Assembly: GCA_964016885.1 (NCBI GenBank)
Contig: OZ024744.1
Location: 117,552,001 to 117,616,000, forward strand
Length of the DNA: 64,000 bases
Direction of reading: 5' to 3'
Source of the DNA: Eledone cirrhosa
Lineage: Eukaryota
Positions 11,757-23,345 of the stretch are shown here, piece after piece. Numbering within the stretch: position 1 is the first letter of the stretch; the number at the start of each line of letters is the position of its first letter. Below the pieces are notes generated by a model. It worked only from the letters and a program-made list of their open reading frames with translations. It did not search any database and was not told where the DNA came from. The position numbers were made by a program, and so were the translations under genes.

Positions 11757-12440
11757 ACCATCATTATTTTTACATCCATGTTTCCATGTTTGCATGGGTT
11801 GGACAGGTCCTTCTCATTATACCATCTCTCCACTTGTATTCCTTCATCATCTCTTCTCTGAGTCTCAGTGATCTGAGATCAACTCTCACAACCTCTGCCC
11901 AGGTCTTTCTTGGTCTGTAGCTTCCTTCCACTGGAATTTCTTGGTACTTCTTCACCCAACAATCATCATCTATACACACCATACCAGTGAAGTCTTGCCT
12001 CCTACACACTACATCTCATTCCTCTTATACTCTGTTTTTCTTTCAGTTCATCCATACTTTGTTGTTCTTACACATTTACATCGCACAGCCATCAAAGCAT
12101 GCTTGCTTCATTTCTCTTTAGCCCTTGTAATTTTTGCTCATATGTCACAGCATGGCAACATCATATTTCTCACATTGGCATCATATAGCCATGCTCTACT
12201 ACCCCAAGTATTGAGTACTCTGTTGAGTAATGCTCTAACCAGTTTCAAAATGATTCCATCCTCATTTATATGCCATGTCATCATCATCATCACCGTTTAA
12301 TGTCTATTTTCCATGCTTGCATGGGTTAGACAGGTCATCCACATTATGTGACGAGTCTGGTCTGATTGGCCGTGCTGGGATTTTTATAGTTGTATGCCCT
12401 TCCTAACACAAACCACACTTACCATGTGGAACTGGATGGC
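11757..12440 (-). mobile_element. Old RTE LINE 3' fragments/tails (11757-~12130 and ~12277-12440)
   Basis: DDCWVKK...RPRKTWAEVV and ...ACCCATGCAAGCATGGAAAATAGAC..(GAT)n tails. Confidence 0.7.
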
Positions 12441-12472
12441 TCTGTTAAGAGGAGGAACAGACCAGTTATATA

Positions 12473-13110
12473 TGCTAGCAGAAAACCACCTGAAGGTGGT
12501 TTTCTGCTAGCATGTGTAGTGTGCATATTGATATTATACGCAGGTATATATACATGTAGATATGATATATCAAATAAAATCGTAATTGACAATATATAAT
12601 ACATAGAAATTGAACGAAGACTGTGTTACACTGTCTTATGTAATCAGTAACATAATCCATGATACATTAAAAAAAGACGATATTATATATAAACTGCATT
12701 AGGAGAAAATTAGTGACGGAAATATATGAATGTTTATTTAAGTGATTACTAACCGGAAGTGTTGACATTTAAAAATTTTAAAGAAGTGAATCTTTAAATA
12801 AGCCACAAAATTATTTATATTTAATCAAGAATAGCAAAATTTAGTAGATAAATTATATAATATTCATTCATTATTTATTCAAAGATGGTGGATTGGCAGT
12901 ATCAGTAGAGGGTCTGACGCCATGCTTTGACGCATAGAGTTACGGCCATTCTGAGTTCAAATCCCGCCAAGGGTAACTTTGCCTTACATCCTTACGGGGT
13001 CAATAAAATGAAGTACCAGTAATGCACTGGGTAATTGTTGGCCTTGTGCCAAAAGTAGAAACAATTATTTATTCAAAGTAATCCAACTTATTTTACAAAC
13101 AGGATAAAAA
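12473..13110 (-). mobile_element. Non-autonomous Helitron-like element (3' hairpin plus CTAG), interrupted by a SINE
   Basis: Terminal hairpin GCTAGCAGAAAACCACC-TTCA-GGTGGTTTTCTGCTAG. Body homologous to 21135-21270 and 23228-23343 in the opposite orientation. Confidence 0.6.
12885..13063 (+). mobile_element. Full-length tRNA-derived SINE with perfect 15-bp TSD
   Basis: A box TGGCAGTATCAG, B box GAGTTCAAATCC, conserved central domain (Meta/MESC-like, tentative). TSD ATTATTTATTCAAAG at 12870-12884 and 13064-13078. Confidence 0.9.
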
Positions 13111-13111
13111 A

Positions 13112-14211
13112 ATAGTGAAGAGTTTAGCGTAAAAGTTGGTGTTCATCAGGGCTCCGTCCTTAGCCCCCTACTATTTATTATTGCCCTTCAGGCTATAACA
13201 GAGGAGTTCAAGACTGGCTGCCCATGGGAACTCCTATATGCAGATGATCTAACGCTCATAGCCGAATCAATGGCGGAACTAGAGAAGAAATTCCAAACAT
13301 GGAAGCATGGCCTAAAATCAAAAGGCCTTAAAGTTAACTTGTCTAAGACTAAAGTTCTAGTTTGTAGGAAGGAAAATAGGGCACTGGTCCCATCTGGGAA
13401 ATGGCCATGCTCAGTGTGTAGGAAAGGAGTAGGCAGAAACTCCATTTTATGTCCCAAATGCAAAGTATGGGTGCATAAAAGATGTAGTGGGATCACAGGT
13501 AAGCTAACTAAGAATATAGATTTTATATGTGGCCGGTGCTCTGGTGCAATAAGTAGCAGCAAGTGCCCACAGAATACTAGCTCATTCCATTGCACAGATG
13601 GTTCTATAGAAATAGGGGACAGCTTCCATTACCTGGGTGACAAAATCAGCAGTGGGGGAGGGTGCTCTAAAAGTACAGTAGCTAGAGTTAGAACGGGATG
13701 GAAAAGTTCAGAGAGCTTATACCACTATTAGCCGCTAAAGGTTTCTCCCTAAAAATTAAAGGCAGGCTGTATGATGCCTGCATACAAACAGCAATGTTAC
13801 ATGGCAGTGAGACATGGGCCTTGTGTGCAGAGGATATACGCAGACTGGAGAGAAACGAAGCTTGCATGCTCCGCTGGATGTGTAATAGTAATATATGTGA
13901 ACGGCAAAGCATAAACGAACTAAGGGAGAAATTAGGAATTAGAGGGATCAGATGTTTACTCGAGAGAAGACTACGTTGGTATGGTCACGTGATGCGCATG
14001 AAAGACGACAGCTGTATAACAAAGTGCAGAGCGATAAAAATAGACGGTAGCCACGGAGTAGGCCAGAAAAACCTGGGACGACTTGATAAATTCCGACCTC
14101 ACACACTTACACCTCTCCAAGTCAATGTCACTGGACCGAGATATTTGGCACTACACAGTTATACAGATGACCCGCCTTGCCTAAGTACAAAGCGAAACCT
14201 ACAGTCAGTAG
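13112..14211 (+). mobile_element. 5'-truncated RTE LINE (RT motif B through thumb), frameshifted
   Basis: GVHQGSVLSP, YADD, C4HC3 finger (ORF 13270-13731), FHYLG, HGSETW and RWYGH. Confidence 0.92.
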
Positions 14212-15075
14212 GCACAGGTAAGCTATCTAAGAATGTAGATTTTATATGTGGCCGGTAATGAGGTGCAATAAGTAGCAGCAAGTGCCCACAGAATACTAGC
14301 TTCTTCTATTGCCCAGATGGTTCTATAGAAATAGTGGACAGCTTCCATTACCTGGGTGACAAAATCAGCAGTGGTGGAGGGTGCTCTGAAAGTACAGTAG
14401 CTAGAGTCAGAACAGGATGGAAAAAGTTCAGAGGGCTTATACCACTATTGGCCGCTAAAGGTTTCTTTCTAAAAATGAAAGGCAGGTTGTATGATGCCTG
14501 CATACGAACAGCAATGTTACATGGCAGTGAGACATGGGCCTTGTGTGCAGAGGATATACGCAGACTGGAGAGGAACGAAGCTTGCATGCTCCGCTGGATG
14601 TGTAATAGTAATATACGTGAACAGCAAAGCATAAATGAACTAAGTGAGAAAGTAGGTATAAGAGGGATCAGATGCTGTTTACTCGAGAGAAGACTATGTT
14701 GGTATGGTCACATGATGCGCATGAAAGATGACAGCTGTATAAAAAAGTGCAGGGCGATCAAAATTGACGGAAGTTACGGAGTAGGCAGACCCAGAAAAAC
14801 CTGGGACGATTTGATAAATTCCGACCTTACACACTTACACCTCTCCAAGACAATGTCACTGGACTGAGATCTTTTGCGCTACGCAGTAATACAGAAGACC
14901 CGCCTTGCCTAAGTACAAAGCGAAACCTACAGTCAGTAGGCACCTCTTAACCAAAATAGAAAACCCGCCAGACAGTCCTGAGCAAGACAACCAATCTTGC
15001 CTCAAGTGGGACAACTCCCATCCAGACCCATGCTAGCATAGAAAATGGACGTTAAATGATGATGATGATGATGAT
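14212..15075 (+). mobile_element. Second tandem RTE 3' copy with 3' UTR and (GAT)n tail
   Basis: ORF 14334-14867. Ends ...AAATGGACGTTAAAT(GAT)n. Confidence 0.92.
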
Positions 15076-15191
15076 TCTGGATGCAGTCCTTACTTTATTG
15101 TAGTTTAGATGTGTGTGTGTTTTATGTTTTCATCTAGTCTAATTTATGGTGTAAAAATCCAATTCCTATCTGATATGAATTTCTACTTCAG

Positions 15192-15332
15192 GCAGAAAAA
15201 ATAAAATGCCAATATGGAGCTGTTACTATTCTTGTGAACAATGCCGGAACAATGTTTCCTGGGAAGTTTCTCGAAGTTGAAGATGATAAAATTGAGCAGA
15301 CTATTAGAGTTAATTTATTGGCTCATTTTAGG
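15192..15332 (+). CDS. SDR16C-family short-chain dehydrogenase/reductase (retinol dehydrogenase-like), internal exon A
   Basis: ttcAG|...|GTaagt, 141 nt. Reads AEKIKCQYGAVTILVNNAGTMFPGKFLEVEDDKIEQTIRVNLLAHFR (NNAG motif and catalytic Asn). Phase 0 at both ends. Confidence 0.9.
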
Positions 15333-15357
15333 GTAAGTCTTGTACATTCTCTTTTAG

Positions 15358-15556
15358 AAGTTTCAGTCGACTGTGGCCATACTGGGGCACTACCTTGATA
15401 TAGTCTACCATATCAACCTCACTACTGTTTTGCTGGTGTCAGTCATTAGACTGTGGCCATACTGGGGTACTACCTTGATATAGTCTACCATATCAACCTC
15501 ATTACTGTTTTGCTGGTGTCAGTCATTAGACTGTGGCCATACTGGGGCACCACTTC
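15358..15556 (-). mobile_element. SINE 3'-end remnant, tandemly duplicated (~80-bp unit)
   Basis: CAGTCATTAGACTGTGGCCATACTGGGGCAC occurs three times. Resembles the reverse-complemented tail of an abundant octopus SINE (from recognition, not a search). Confidence 0.5.
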
Positions 15557-15618
15557 ACTTATATTTTATTTATTGTTTTACACTTTTCCTTTTGATACTA
15601 AACAGTCTGATGTAGACA

Positions 15619-16247
15619 GACATCTGCTGTAATGTTACATGGTAGTGAGACATGGGTAGTTAATGTAGAGGTTATATAGAGACTGGAGAGAAATGGCGCT
15701 ACCATGTTTCAATGGACATCTGATGTAATGTTACATGGAAGTGAGACATGGTAGTTAATGTAGAGGTTATATAGAGACTGGAGAGACATGAAGCTAGCAT
15801 GTTTCAATGGACATCTGATATAATGTTACATGGAAGTGAGACATGGGTAGTTAATGTAGAGGTTATATAGAGACTGGAGAGACATGAAGCTAGCATGTTT
15901 CAATGGACATCTGATATAATGTTACATGGAAGTGAGACATGGGTAGTTAATGTAGAGGTTATATAGAGACTGGAGAGACATGAAGCTAGCATGTTTCAAT
16001 GGACATCTGATATAATGTTACATGGAAGTGAGACATGGGTAGTTAATGTAGAGGTTATATAGAGACTGGAGAGACATGAAGCTAGCATGTTTCAATGGAC
16101 ATCTGATATAATGTTACATGGAAGTGAGACATGGGTAGTTAATGTAGAGGTTATATAGAGACTGGAGAGACATGAAGCTAGCATGTTTCAATGGACATCT
16201 GATATAATGTTACATGGTAGTGAGACATGGGTAGTTAATGTAGAGGT
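15619..16247 (+). repeat. 96-bp minisatellite (~6.5 units) derived from RTE coding sequence
   Basis: Period 96 (15810, 15906, 16002...). The unit translates MLHGSETWVVNVEVI*RLERHEASMFQW, versus RTE MLHGSETWALCAEDIRRLERNEACMLRW. Confidence 0.9.
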
Positions 16248-16340
16248 TAATGTAATAGTAAATATAGAGTAATATAAATGCTATGTGAGATATGTGAGGT
16301 AAAGCCTTTACTGTGAAAATACAATAGTATATATAGAGTA

Positions 16341-18190
16341 AAAGGGTTGGACGTGTCCTATTCAACACAGCATCTCTCCACTTGTCACAGTCCTTCGTCA
16401 TGTCCACCGGGAGCTTCAGCGATCTGAGGTCTTCTCTCACCACATCTGCCTATGTTTTTCGTGGTCTACCTCTACTGCGTTTTCCTTCAACTGGCATTTC
16501 CTGCCACTTCTTCACCCATTGGTCATCCTCCATGTGCATCACATGTCCATACCACCGCAGTCTCCTCTCCCGTACACTACATTCTATCCCTCTCCGACAC
16601 AGTTTCTCTCTCAACACACCCACGCTCGGTTGTTCACGCACATTGACATCCAACAGAGCATGTTTGCCTCATTTCTCTCCAGCCGTCGTATATCCTCTGC
16701 AGTTGCTGCCCATGTCTCACTACCATGCAGCATTGAGCTCCTCACACAGGCATCATACAACCGGCCTTTCTGCATATCGAACATGGCCATTTCCCTGATG
16801 GAATCAGAGTTTTGTCCTCTTTACTACTCATTAACCCTTCTTTGTCAGCAGAGGAAGCAGCTCCCTAAACTTCTTCCAACCCGTCCTTATTCTAGATACT
16901 ATAGCCTCGGAACCCCCCCCCCCCCCTCCCATGCTAATCTGATCTCCTAGGTACCGGAAGCTATCAACCACTTCTACAGAACCTACCTGCATTTGAAAAA
17001 TGTCTTTATCAATGCAACTTCTACTGTTAAATTTCCCTGTACAACTACTTGCATACATATTTCTCCCTACCTGTTAGTTTGCCTGCTATCCCGCTACATC
17101 TCTTGTGTACTCAATATCTGCATTGCGTACATTTTATAGAATTTCTGCATATCGAACATGGCCATTTCCCTGATGGAATCAGAGTTTTGTCCTCTTTACT
17201 ACTCATTAACACTTTTGTCTTAGCTAGGTTCACTCTCAGTCCTCTTGATTCCAACTGCTGTTTCCATAGCCAGAATTTATTCTCTAGCTCCTCTACTGAT
17301 TCTGCTATAAGAACCAGATCGGCAGCATAGAGAAGTTCCTATCGACAGCCAGTCTAAACTCTTCTGTTATGGCTTGGAGGACTATAATGAACAAGAGTTG
17401 GCTGAGGACCGAACCCTGATGTACTCCTACTTGTAACTGGAATTCCTCACTAAACTCCATTCCTACCCTCACTTTACTGACAGTACTTCTGTACAAAGTT
17501 TGCACTGTCCTCATAAGCCATTCCTCAATACCTAGTTTCCTTAGGGATCAACAGATGACAGATCGTGGTACCCTATCAAAGGCCTTCTCTAGGTCAACAA
17601 AGGCTAAGTATAGTGGCTTATTTTTCTCTAAGAACCTCTCTTGTAATTGTCTCACCAAGAAGAGGGCATCTGTTGTACTTTTCCCAGGCACAAAACCAAA
17701 TTGCATCTCATCTAGTTTAACCCTTTCTCTAATTAGTGCTAATATCCTTTCTGCCACTTTCATAACCTGATCCATCAGTTTTATACCCCTATAATTGCTC
17801 CTCTCCAGAGCATCCCCTTTACCTTTGTAGCAATTTATGAGAATACTGCTGCACCAGTCTTTGGGTATGACACCCCCATATATAGCCTGATCGATGATGC
17901 GTGCAACCAGTTTAGTGCCTACGTCCCCTGTTGTCTTCAGCATCTCAGCAACTATCCCCGACAGTCTAGCGGCCTTACTATTTTTTGTTTCCTTAATCGC
18001 CTCTTGGACCCTATATTCATTAATCTCAATAGCTGGTCCCTCTGTCGGATCTACTGAGGGTAATTTCTCTCTCTCCCATTCGTTCTCCACATTCATCAGT
18101 CTCTCATAATGACATTTCCAGGCCTCCTTTTTCTGTTCATTCGTGACACTAAGTACACCGGCATCATCCCGGACACATTTATCTCCAACA
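16341..18190 (-). mobile_element. RTE LINE (second subfamily), internal fragment, degenerate
   Basis: ORF 17548-18096 (NYRGIKL, QFGF, FVDLEKAFDRV), GVHQGSVLS, RWYGH and GRPRKT. 16768-16835 duplicates 17143-17210. Confidence 0.92.
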
Positions 18191-18528
18191 AAGTAAATGT
18201 TATGTTAGATATTGTGTGAGGTAAAGCCTTTACTGTGAAAATACAGTAGTATATATAGAGTAATGTAAATGTTATGTGAGGTAAAGCCTTTACTGTGAAA
18301 ATACAATAGTATATATAGAGTAATATAAATGTTATGTGAGATATTATGTGAGGTAAAGCCTTTACTGTGAAAATACAATAGCATATATAGAGTAATGTAA
18401 ATGTTATGTGAGATGTTATGTGAGGTAAAGCCTTTACTGTGAAAATACAATAGTATATATAGAGTAATGTAAATGTTTTGTGAGTTATTATGTGAGGTAA
18501 AGCCTTTACTGTGAAAATACAATAGTAT

Positions 18529-18896
18529 CAATATCATCATCATCATCATCTTCGTTTAACATCCATTTTCCACGCTAGCATGGGTTAGACAGGAGTTGTC
18601 CCACTTGAGGCAAGGTTGGTCGGGTGACCGTGTCTCGCTCGTATAGGAGTATCTGGCAGGTTTTTTAGTGTGGAACTGGGAACTTTTTACCGTGTTACCT
18701 ACACGGCCACATTACAGCGTGGACTGTGTGTTTTTCTTGTGACACCTACACGATCTCGATCTCATTTATCTCATTTATTTGGACAGGATGTTGTGGTACC
18801 AACTTTATAGAGAGAGGGCGGTGTTGGTGGGAGTGGGAGGATAGGGTAGGGGTAGTGGATTGGGGTGTATATTTGGTTAAGAGGTGCCTACTGACT
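18529..18896 (-). mobile_element. RTE 3' UTR-only insertion with (GAT)n tail
   Basis: Homologous to 7083-7460 and 14930-15075. Confidence 0.85.
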
Positions 18897-20555
18897 GTAA
18901 TGTAAATGTTATGTGAGATATTATATGAGGTAAAGCCTTTACTGTGAAAATACAATAGTATATATAGAGTAATGTAAATGTTATGCGAGATATTATATGA
19001 GGTAAAGCCTTTACTGTGAAAATACAATAGTATATATAGAGTAATGTAAATGGTATGTGAGATATGATGTGATGTAAAGCCTTTACTGTGAAAATACAAT
19101 AGTATATATAGAGTAATGTAAATGGTATGTGAGATATTATATGAGGTAAAGCCTTTACTGTGAAAATACAATAGTATATATAGAGTAATGTAAATGTTAT
19201 GTGAGGTAAAGCCTTCACTGTGAAAATACAATAGTATATATAGAGTAATGTAAATATTATGTGAGGTAAAGCCTTTACTGTGAAAATACAATAGTATATA
19301 TAGAGTATGTAAATGTTATGTGAGATATTATGTGTGGTAAAGCCTTTACTGGGAAAATACAATAGTATATATAGAGTAATGTAAATATTATGTGAGGTAA
19401 AGCCTTTACTGTGAAAATACAATAGTATATATAGAGTAATGTAAATGGTATGTGAGATATTATATGAGGTAAAGCCTTTACTGTGAAAATACAATAGTAT
19501 ATATAGAGTAATGTAAATGTTATGTGAGGTAAAGCCTTCACTGTGAAAATACAATAGTATATATAGAGTAATGTAAATATTATGTGAGGTAAAGCCTTTA
19601 CTGTGAAAATACAATAGTATATATAGAGTATGTAAATGTTATGTGAGATATTATGTGTGGTAAAGCCTTTACTGGGAAAATACAATAGTATATATAGAGT
19701 AATGTAAATATTATGTGAGGTAAAGCCTTTACTGTGAAAATACAATAGTATATATAGAGTAATGTAAATGGTATGTGAGATATTATATGAGGTAAAGCCT
19801 TTACTGTGAAAATACAATAGTATATATAGAGTAATGTAAATGTTATGTGAGGTAAAGCCTTCACTGTGAAAATACAATAGTATATATAGAGTAATGTAAA
19901 TATTATGTGAGGTAAAGCCTTTACTGTGAAAATACAATAGTATATATAGAGTATGTAAATGTTATGTGAGATATTATGTGAGGTAAAGCCTTTACTGGGA
20001 AAATACAATAGTATATATAGAGTAATGTAAATGTTATGTGAGGTAAAGCCTTTACTGTGAAAATATAATAGTATATATAGAGTAATGTAAATGTTATGTG
20101 AGATATGATGTGAGGTAAAGCCTTTACTGTGAAAATACAATAGTATATATAGAGTAATGTAAATGTTATGTGAGATATTATGTGAGGCAAAGCCTTTACT
20201 GTGAAAATACAATAGTATACATAGAGTAATGTAAATGCTATGTGAGATATTATGTGAGGTAAAGCCTTTACTGTGAAAATACAATAGTATATATAGAGTA
20301 ATGTAAATGTTATGTGAGGTAAAGTCTTTACTGTGAAAATACAATAGTATATATAGAGTAATGTAAATGTTATGTGAGATATTATCTGAGGTAAAACCTT
20401 TACTGTGAAAATACAATAGTATATATAAAGTAATGTAAATGTTATGTGAGATATTATCTGAGGTAAAGCCTTTACTGTGAAAATACAATAGTATATATAG
20501 AGTAATGTAAATGCTAAAGGGTTAAACATATTTTTTTCTTTTTCAATTCATATAG

Positions 20556-20800
20556 ACTGTGAAAATATTTTTATCAGAGATGCAACAATTACAACGTGGC
20601 CACATTGTAACAATTGGATCTTGTCTGGGAATCTCAGGAATAAATGGTACCTCATCCTATAGCAGTTCCAAATTTGGAGTGACTTCTTTTGCTGAATCTG
20701 TGGCAACCATGTTAGATTCTGATGTGTATAAAGGTATTGAAACTACTGCCGTTTACCCATACCAGATTGAAAACAGTATGTTTGCTGGCTGTGAAAACAG
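20556..20800 (+). CDS. SDR16C-family dehydrogenase, exon B (active site)
   Basis: Pyrimidine tract, tAG|...|GTttga, 245 nt. Reads TVKIFLSEM...GHIVTIGS...YSSSKFGV...TTAVYPYQIENSMFAGCEN (catalytic S and YxxxK). Phase 0 in, phase 2 out. Confidence 0.93.
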
Positions 20801-20878
20801 GTTTGACTCTTTATATTACATAATAACTAATGTATATATTTCTCTCTCACTCTGTCTCCTTCTCTCTCTCTCTGTGTA

Positions 20879-21076
20879 CAAAGGTCAGCTAAAAAGTTCA
20901 TAGACTGACCACGATACTCTCATGGAATGACCAAATGAGGTTTATTTTTCAACATAGTCCCTGGAAAGAAACAATGCAGTTATTAATAAGAAGAGTTGAA
21001 ATTAATGCATTCAGGATTTCACTGCTCTAGCATTACTCCTTCATAGTTAACCTATGAACTTTTCGGCTCATCCTCA
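20879..21076. mobile_element. Tc1/mariner-type MITE (internal deletion derivative)
   Basis: Degenerate TIRs CAAAGGTCAGCTAAAAAGTTCATAG and CTATGAACTTTTCGGCTCATCCTCA, flanked by TA. Confidence 0.7.
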
Positions 21077-21678
21077 TATATACTTATCTAAACTATAATA
21101 AAGTAAGGGCTGCCGGACTGCGTACGGTTTATTTATTTTAATCCCGTTAGTAAAATAAGTTTGATTACTTTGAATAAATAATGAATGAATATTACATAAT
21201 TTATGTCCTAAATTTCGTAAACATAAATAATTTCAAATTGACTTCTTTTCAAAGTTGCACTTCCGGTATATCGTCGCCACCACCACCACCACTTCAACTA
21301 CCATATATATAGAAAGAGAGAGTGTGTGATGAGAGAGATAATGACTTTCTACACGCTGACGCGTATGAGTGTGTACATACATACATCTATATGTATGAGT
21401 ATATAACTATAATCACGCAAACACAAACTTATAAAAATACACCCACACGGACTTTCACACAAACATACATACATTTACACATATACATTTACACAAACAT
21501 ACATACATCCCCACATATACATTTACACAAACACACACATACAGTCATGATAGCGTTCAGTGAAGTGGAGATGGGAGGGTAAAACAAGTATAACGTTTTA
21601 TTTATTCATTAACTCTTTATTTATTTATTTAAAACTCATTTAATGTAATGGTTACAGAACGAAAACACTAACAAATAT

Positions 21679-21840
21679 AATTGTTTCTACTTTTGGCACA
21701 AGGCCAGCAATTATTCCAGTGTATTACTGGTACTTTATTTTATCGACCCCGTAAGGATGAAAGGCAAAGTTAACCTCAACAGGATTTGAACGCAGCCATG
21801 CTGGAAGCATGGCGTCCGACTCTCTACCGATACTGCCAAT
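21679..21840 (-). mobile_element. tRNA-derived SINE
   Basis: Reverse complement of the 12885 family. Confidence 0.85.
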
Positions 21841-21914
21841 TCAATATAATATACACATAGGAAAGGGAAAGGAAAAAAAGAAAGAGAAAAAATACACAAG
21901 CACGTAATACCCAC

Positions 21915-22450
21915 ATCTTAGACCCCATAGAACAATATGCAGGCGAAAGAATGGAAAAAGGAGCAAAAGATAGCAATATAGCAAGGAGCACTAGGAAATC
22001 TCTCTAATAATTTTTTAGGTAAGCCAGCATGCTCGCAGCGTTACCTGGGGTGATGGCGAGGCTGAGGTGCTGGAAGAACCAAGTGCCCTCACGAGCATCA
22101 CCAGTTCCCTATGTTTGGCGAGCCGCCAGTGAAGATAAGAATCTCGCTGTCAGTATCCCGACTCCTCCAAACCTCTTGTACGCCACAGGATGGATAATGT
22201 AGTTAGTTCACAGAACACGGTATTTTAGGATTTTGTTCCGTTCAGCTGCGGATGCTGTAGCTCTCGCCCTTACCGCTGCATCCAGGATGTGGGAAGAAGC
22301 AAAAGAGTCACCAACTGTGATGTCCCAGGTAAGGTACCTGCCTCTTGACCAGGAGCACAGAGTAAGACCGTGAAGTCTTTTCCCATCAATTCAGGACAAC
22401 CCAGATGGTTCCAAAATTGAGGGGATCTTTGCCCGGGCCAACGCTCTTAA
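21915..22450 (-). mobile_element. CRE-clade non-LTR retrotransposon 3' end (restriction-like endonuclease), degenerate
   Basis: RALARAKIPSILEPSGLS*IDGKRLHGLTLCSWSRGRYLTWDITVGDS...AAERNKILKY matches the EP.GL...DG.RPDG...WD.T...AE..K..KY pattern. Confidence 0.72.
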
Positions 22451-22654
22451 GTGGTAATAGGACAGTGTGTGTATGTGCACACGCGAGTTTCTTGGTGTTC
22501 TTAAGTTAGACACGTGTGTGTGTGTCACTGTTTTAAAGTTAGAGACATATATGTGTGTATCCCTTTCCTTCCTTTTACACACACATACATTCACACAAAC
22601 ACACACACACATTGTGTCATGGACGGGTGGAGAGAAGTCCCTCAAATTTATATA

Positions 22655-23225
22655 CATGTGAATGGAGTTCTACTGAAGCAGTTAGAGAAGTTCAAGTATC
22701 TTGGGGCCGTGTTCATGAGTGATGGAGTGCAGGAGGCTGAATTAAGTGCAAGAATTGCAAAAACTGATGCAGTAATGCGCCAGCCTCAGCATTCAGCAAT
22801 CAGATGAAGGGGGTAGGTGTAAAAGCCAAACTCGCTGTCTTCCTGGTATTCCTGCCAACTCTTACGAAGGGTCTTTGAAGTAACGTTACTCGATAAAGTG
22901 CATAACTCAGAGACCAGAGAGTCACTCCTGATAGAGCCACTACTTCTACGAATTGAGAGATCACAACTCCGATATTATGGACATGTGGTTAGAATGTCTC
23001 AGTAAAGAATCGCTGGACACATTTTACAGGCAAAACCAACCGGCAAGAGACCCAGAGGTAGACCCTGATCAAGATAGTTGGATAACATCCATGAGCTTGG
23101 CTGGTCACACTTTGGGATCCAGCTGGATCAGTTAGAGATGTTTGCTACTAACAGACTCTCTGGAAGGAGTGTTTGAGAAGGACTCTGCCCCCACGTCCCT
23201 CTCAGAAATAAGTCGGAGAAGAAGA
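22655..23225 (+). mobile_element. Divergent RTE-group LINE 3' fragment
   Basis: VNGVLLKQLEKFKYLG...SARIAK..., then IERSQLRYYGHVVRM...GKRPRGRP. Confidence 0.75.
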
Positions 23226-23345
23226 TATTGTCAATTTACTTTTCAATTTACATATATCTATATACATATATATTTGTGTATAATACCGTTATGCACACTA
23301 CATATGCTAGCAGAAAATGCACGAAGGGCGGTTTTCTGCTACTAT

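Larger units (their letters stand above)
16250..20521. repeat. 60/72-bp minisatellite array with 323-bp higher-order unit, split by two RTE insertions
   Basis: Unit GGTAAAGCCTTTACTGTGAAAATACAATAGTATATATAGAGTAATGTAAATGTTATGTGA (+/- GATATTATGTGA). Pieces at 16250-16340, 18191-18528 and 18897-20515. The 323-bp period is visible in the ORF ends at 19291, 19614 and 19937. Confidence 0.93.
21087..23343 (+). mobile_element. Non-autonomous Helitron-like element hosting nested insertions
   Basis: 5' A|TCTAAACTATAATAAA. 3' hairpin GCTAGCAGAAAAT...GGTTTTCTGCTAC|T. Homologous to 12473-13110. The two ends are assumed to belong to one copy. Confidence 0.5.

Noticed and set aside
12750-12762. ETS-box promoter for the SDR gene
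   Set aside because: Lies within a repeat also present at 21258, and no N-terminal SDR exon (TGxxxGxG) was found between it and exon A.
12885-12970. tRNA genes
   Set aside because: A and B boxes are present but belong to SINE heads with body, tail and TSD; no full cloverleaf.
18205-20529. Long repetitive ORFs (up to 296 aa, YFHSKGFTSHN...)
   Set aside because: By-products of 60/72-bp units lacking stops on one strand; intronic, frameshifting and interrupted by LINEs.
20556-20567. Array monomers share ACTGTGAAAATA with the start of exon B (decoy exons?)
   Set aside because: Only 12 AT-rich nt, and monomers have TTT rather than AG before it, so they are not acceptors. Chance cannot be excluded.
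20801-20903. C-terminal extension of ORF 20559-20903
   Set aside because: Read-through past the GT donor at 20801 into intron and (CT)n sequence.
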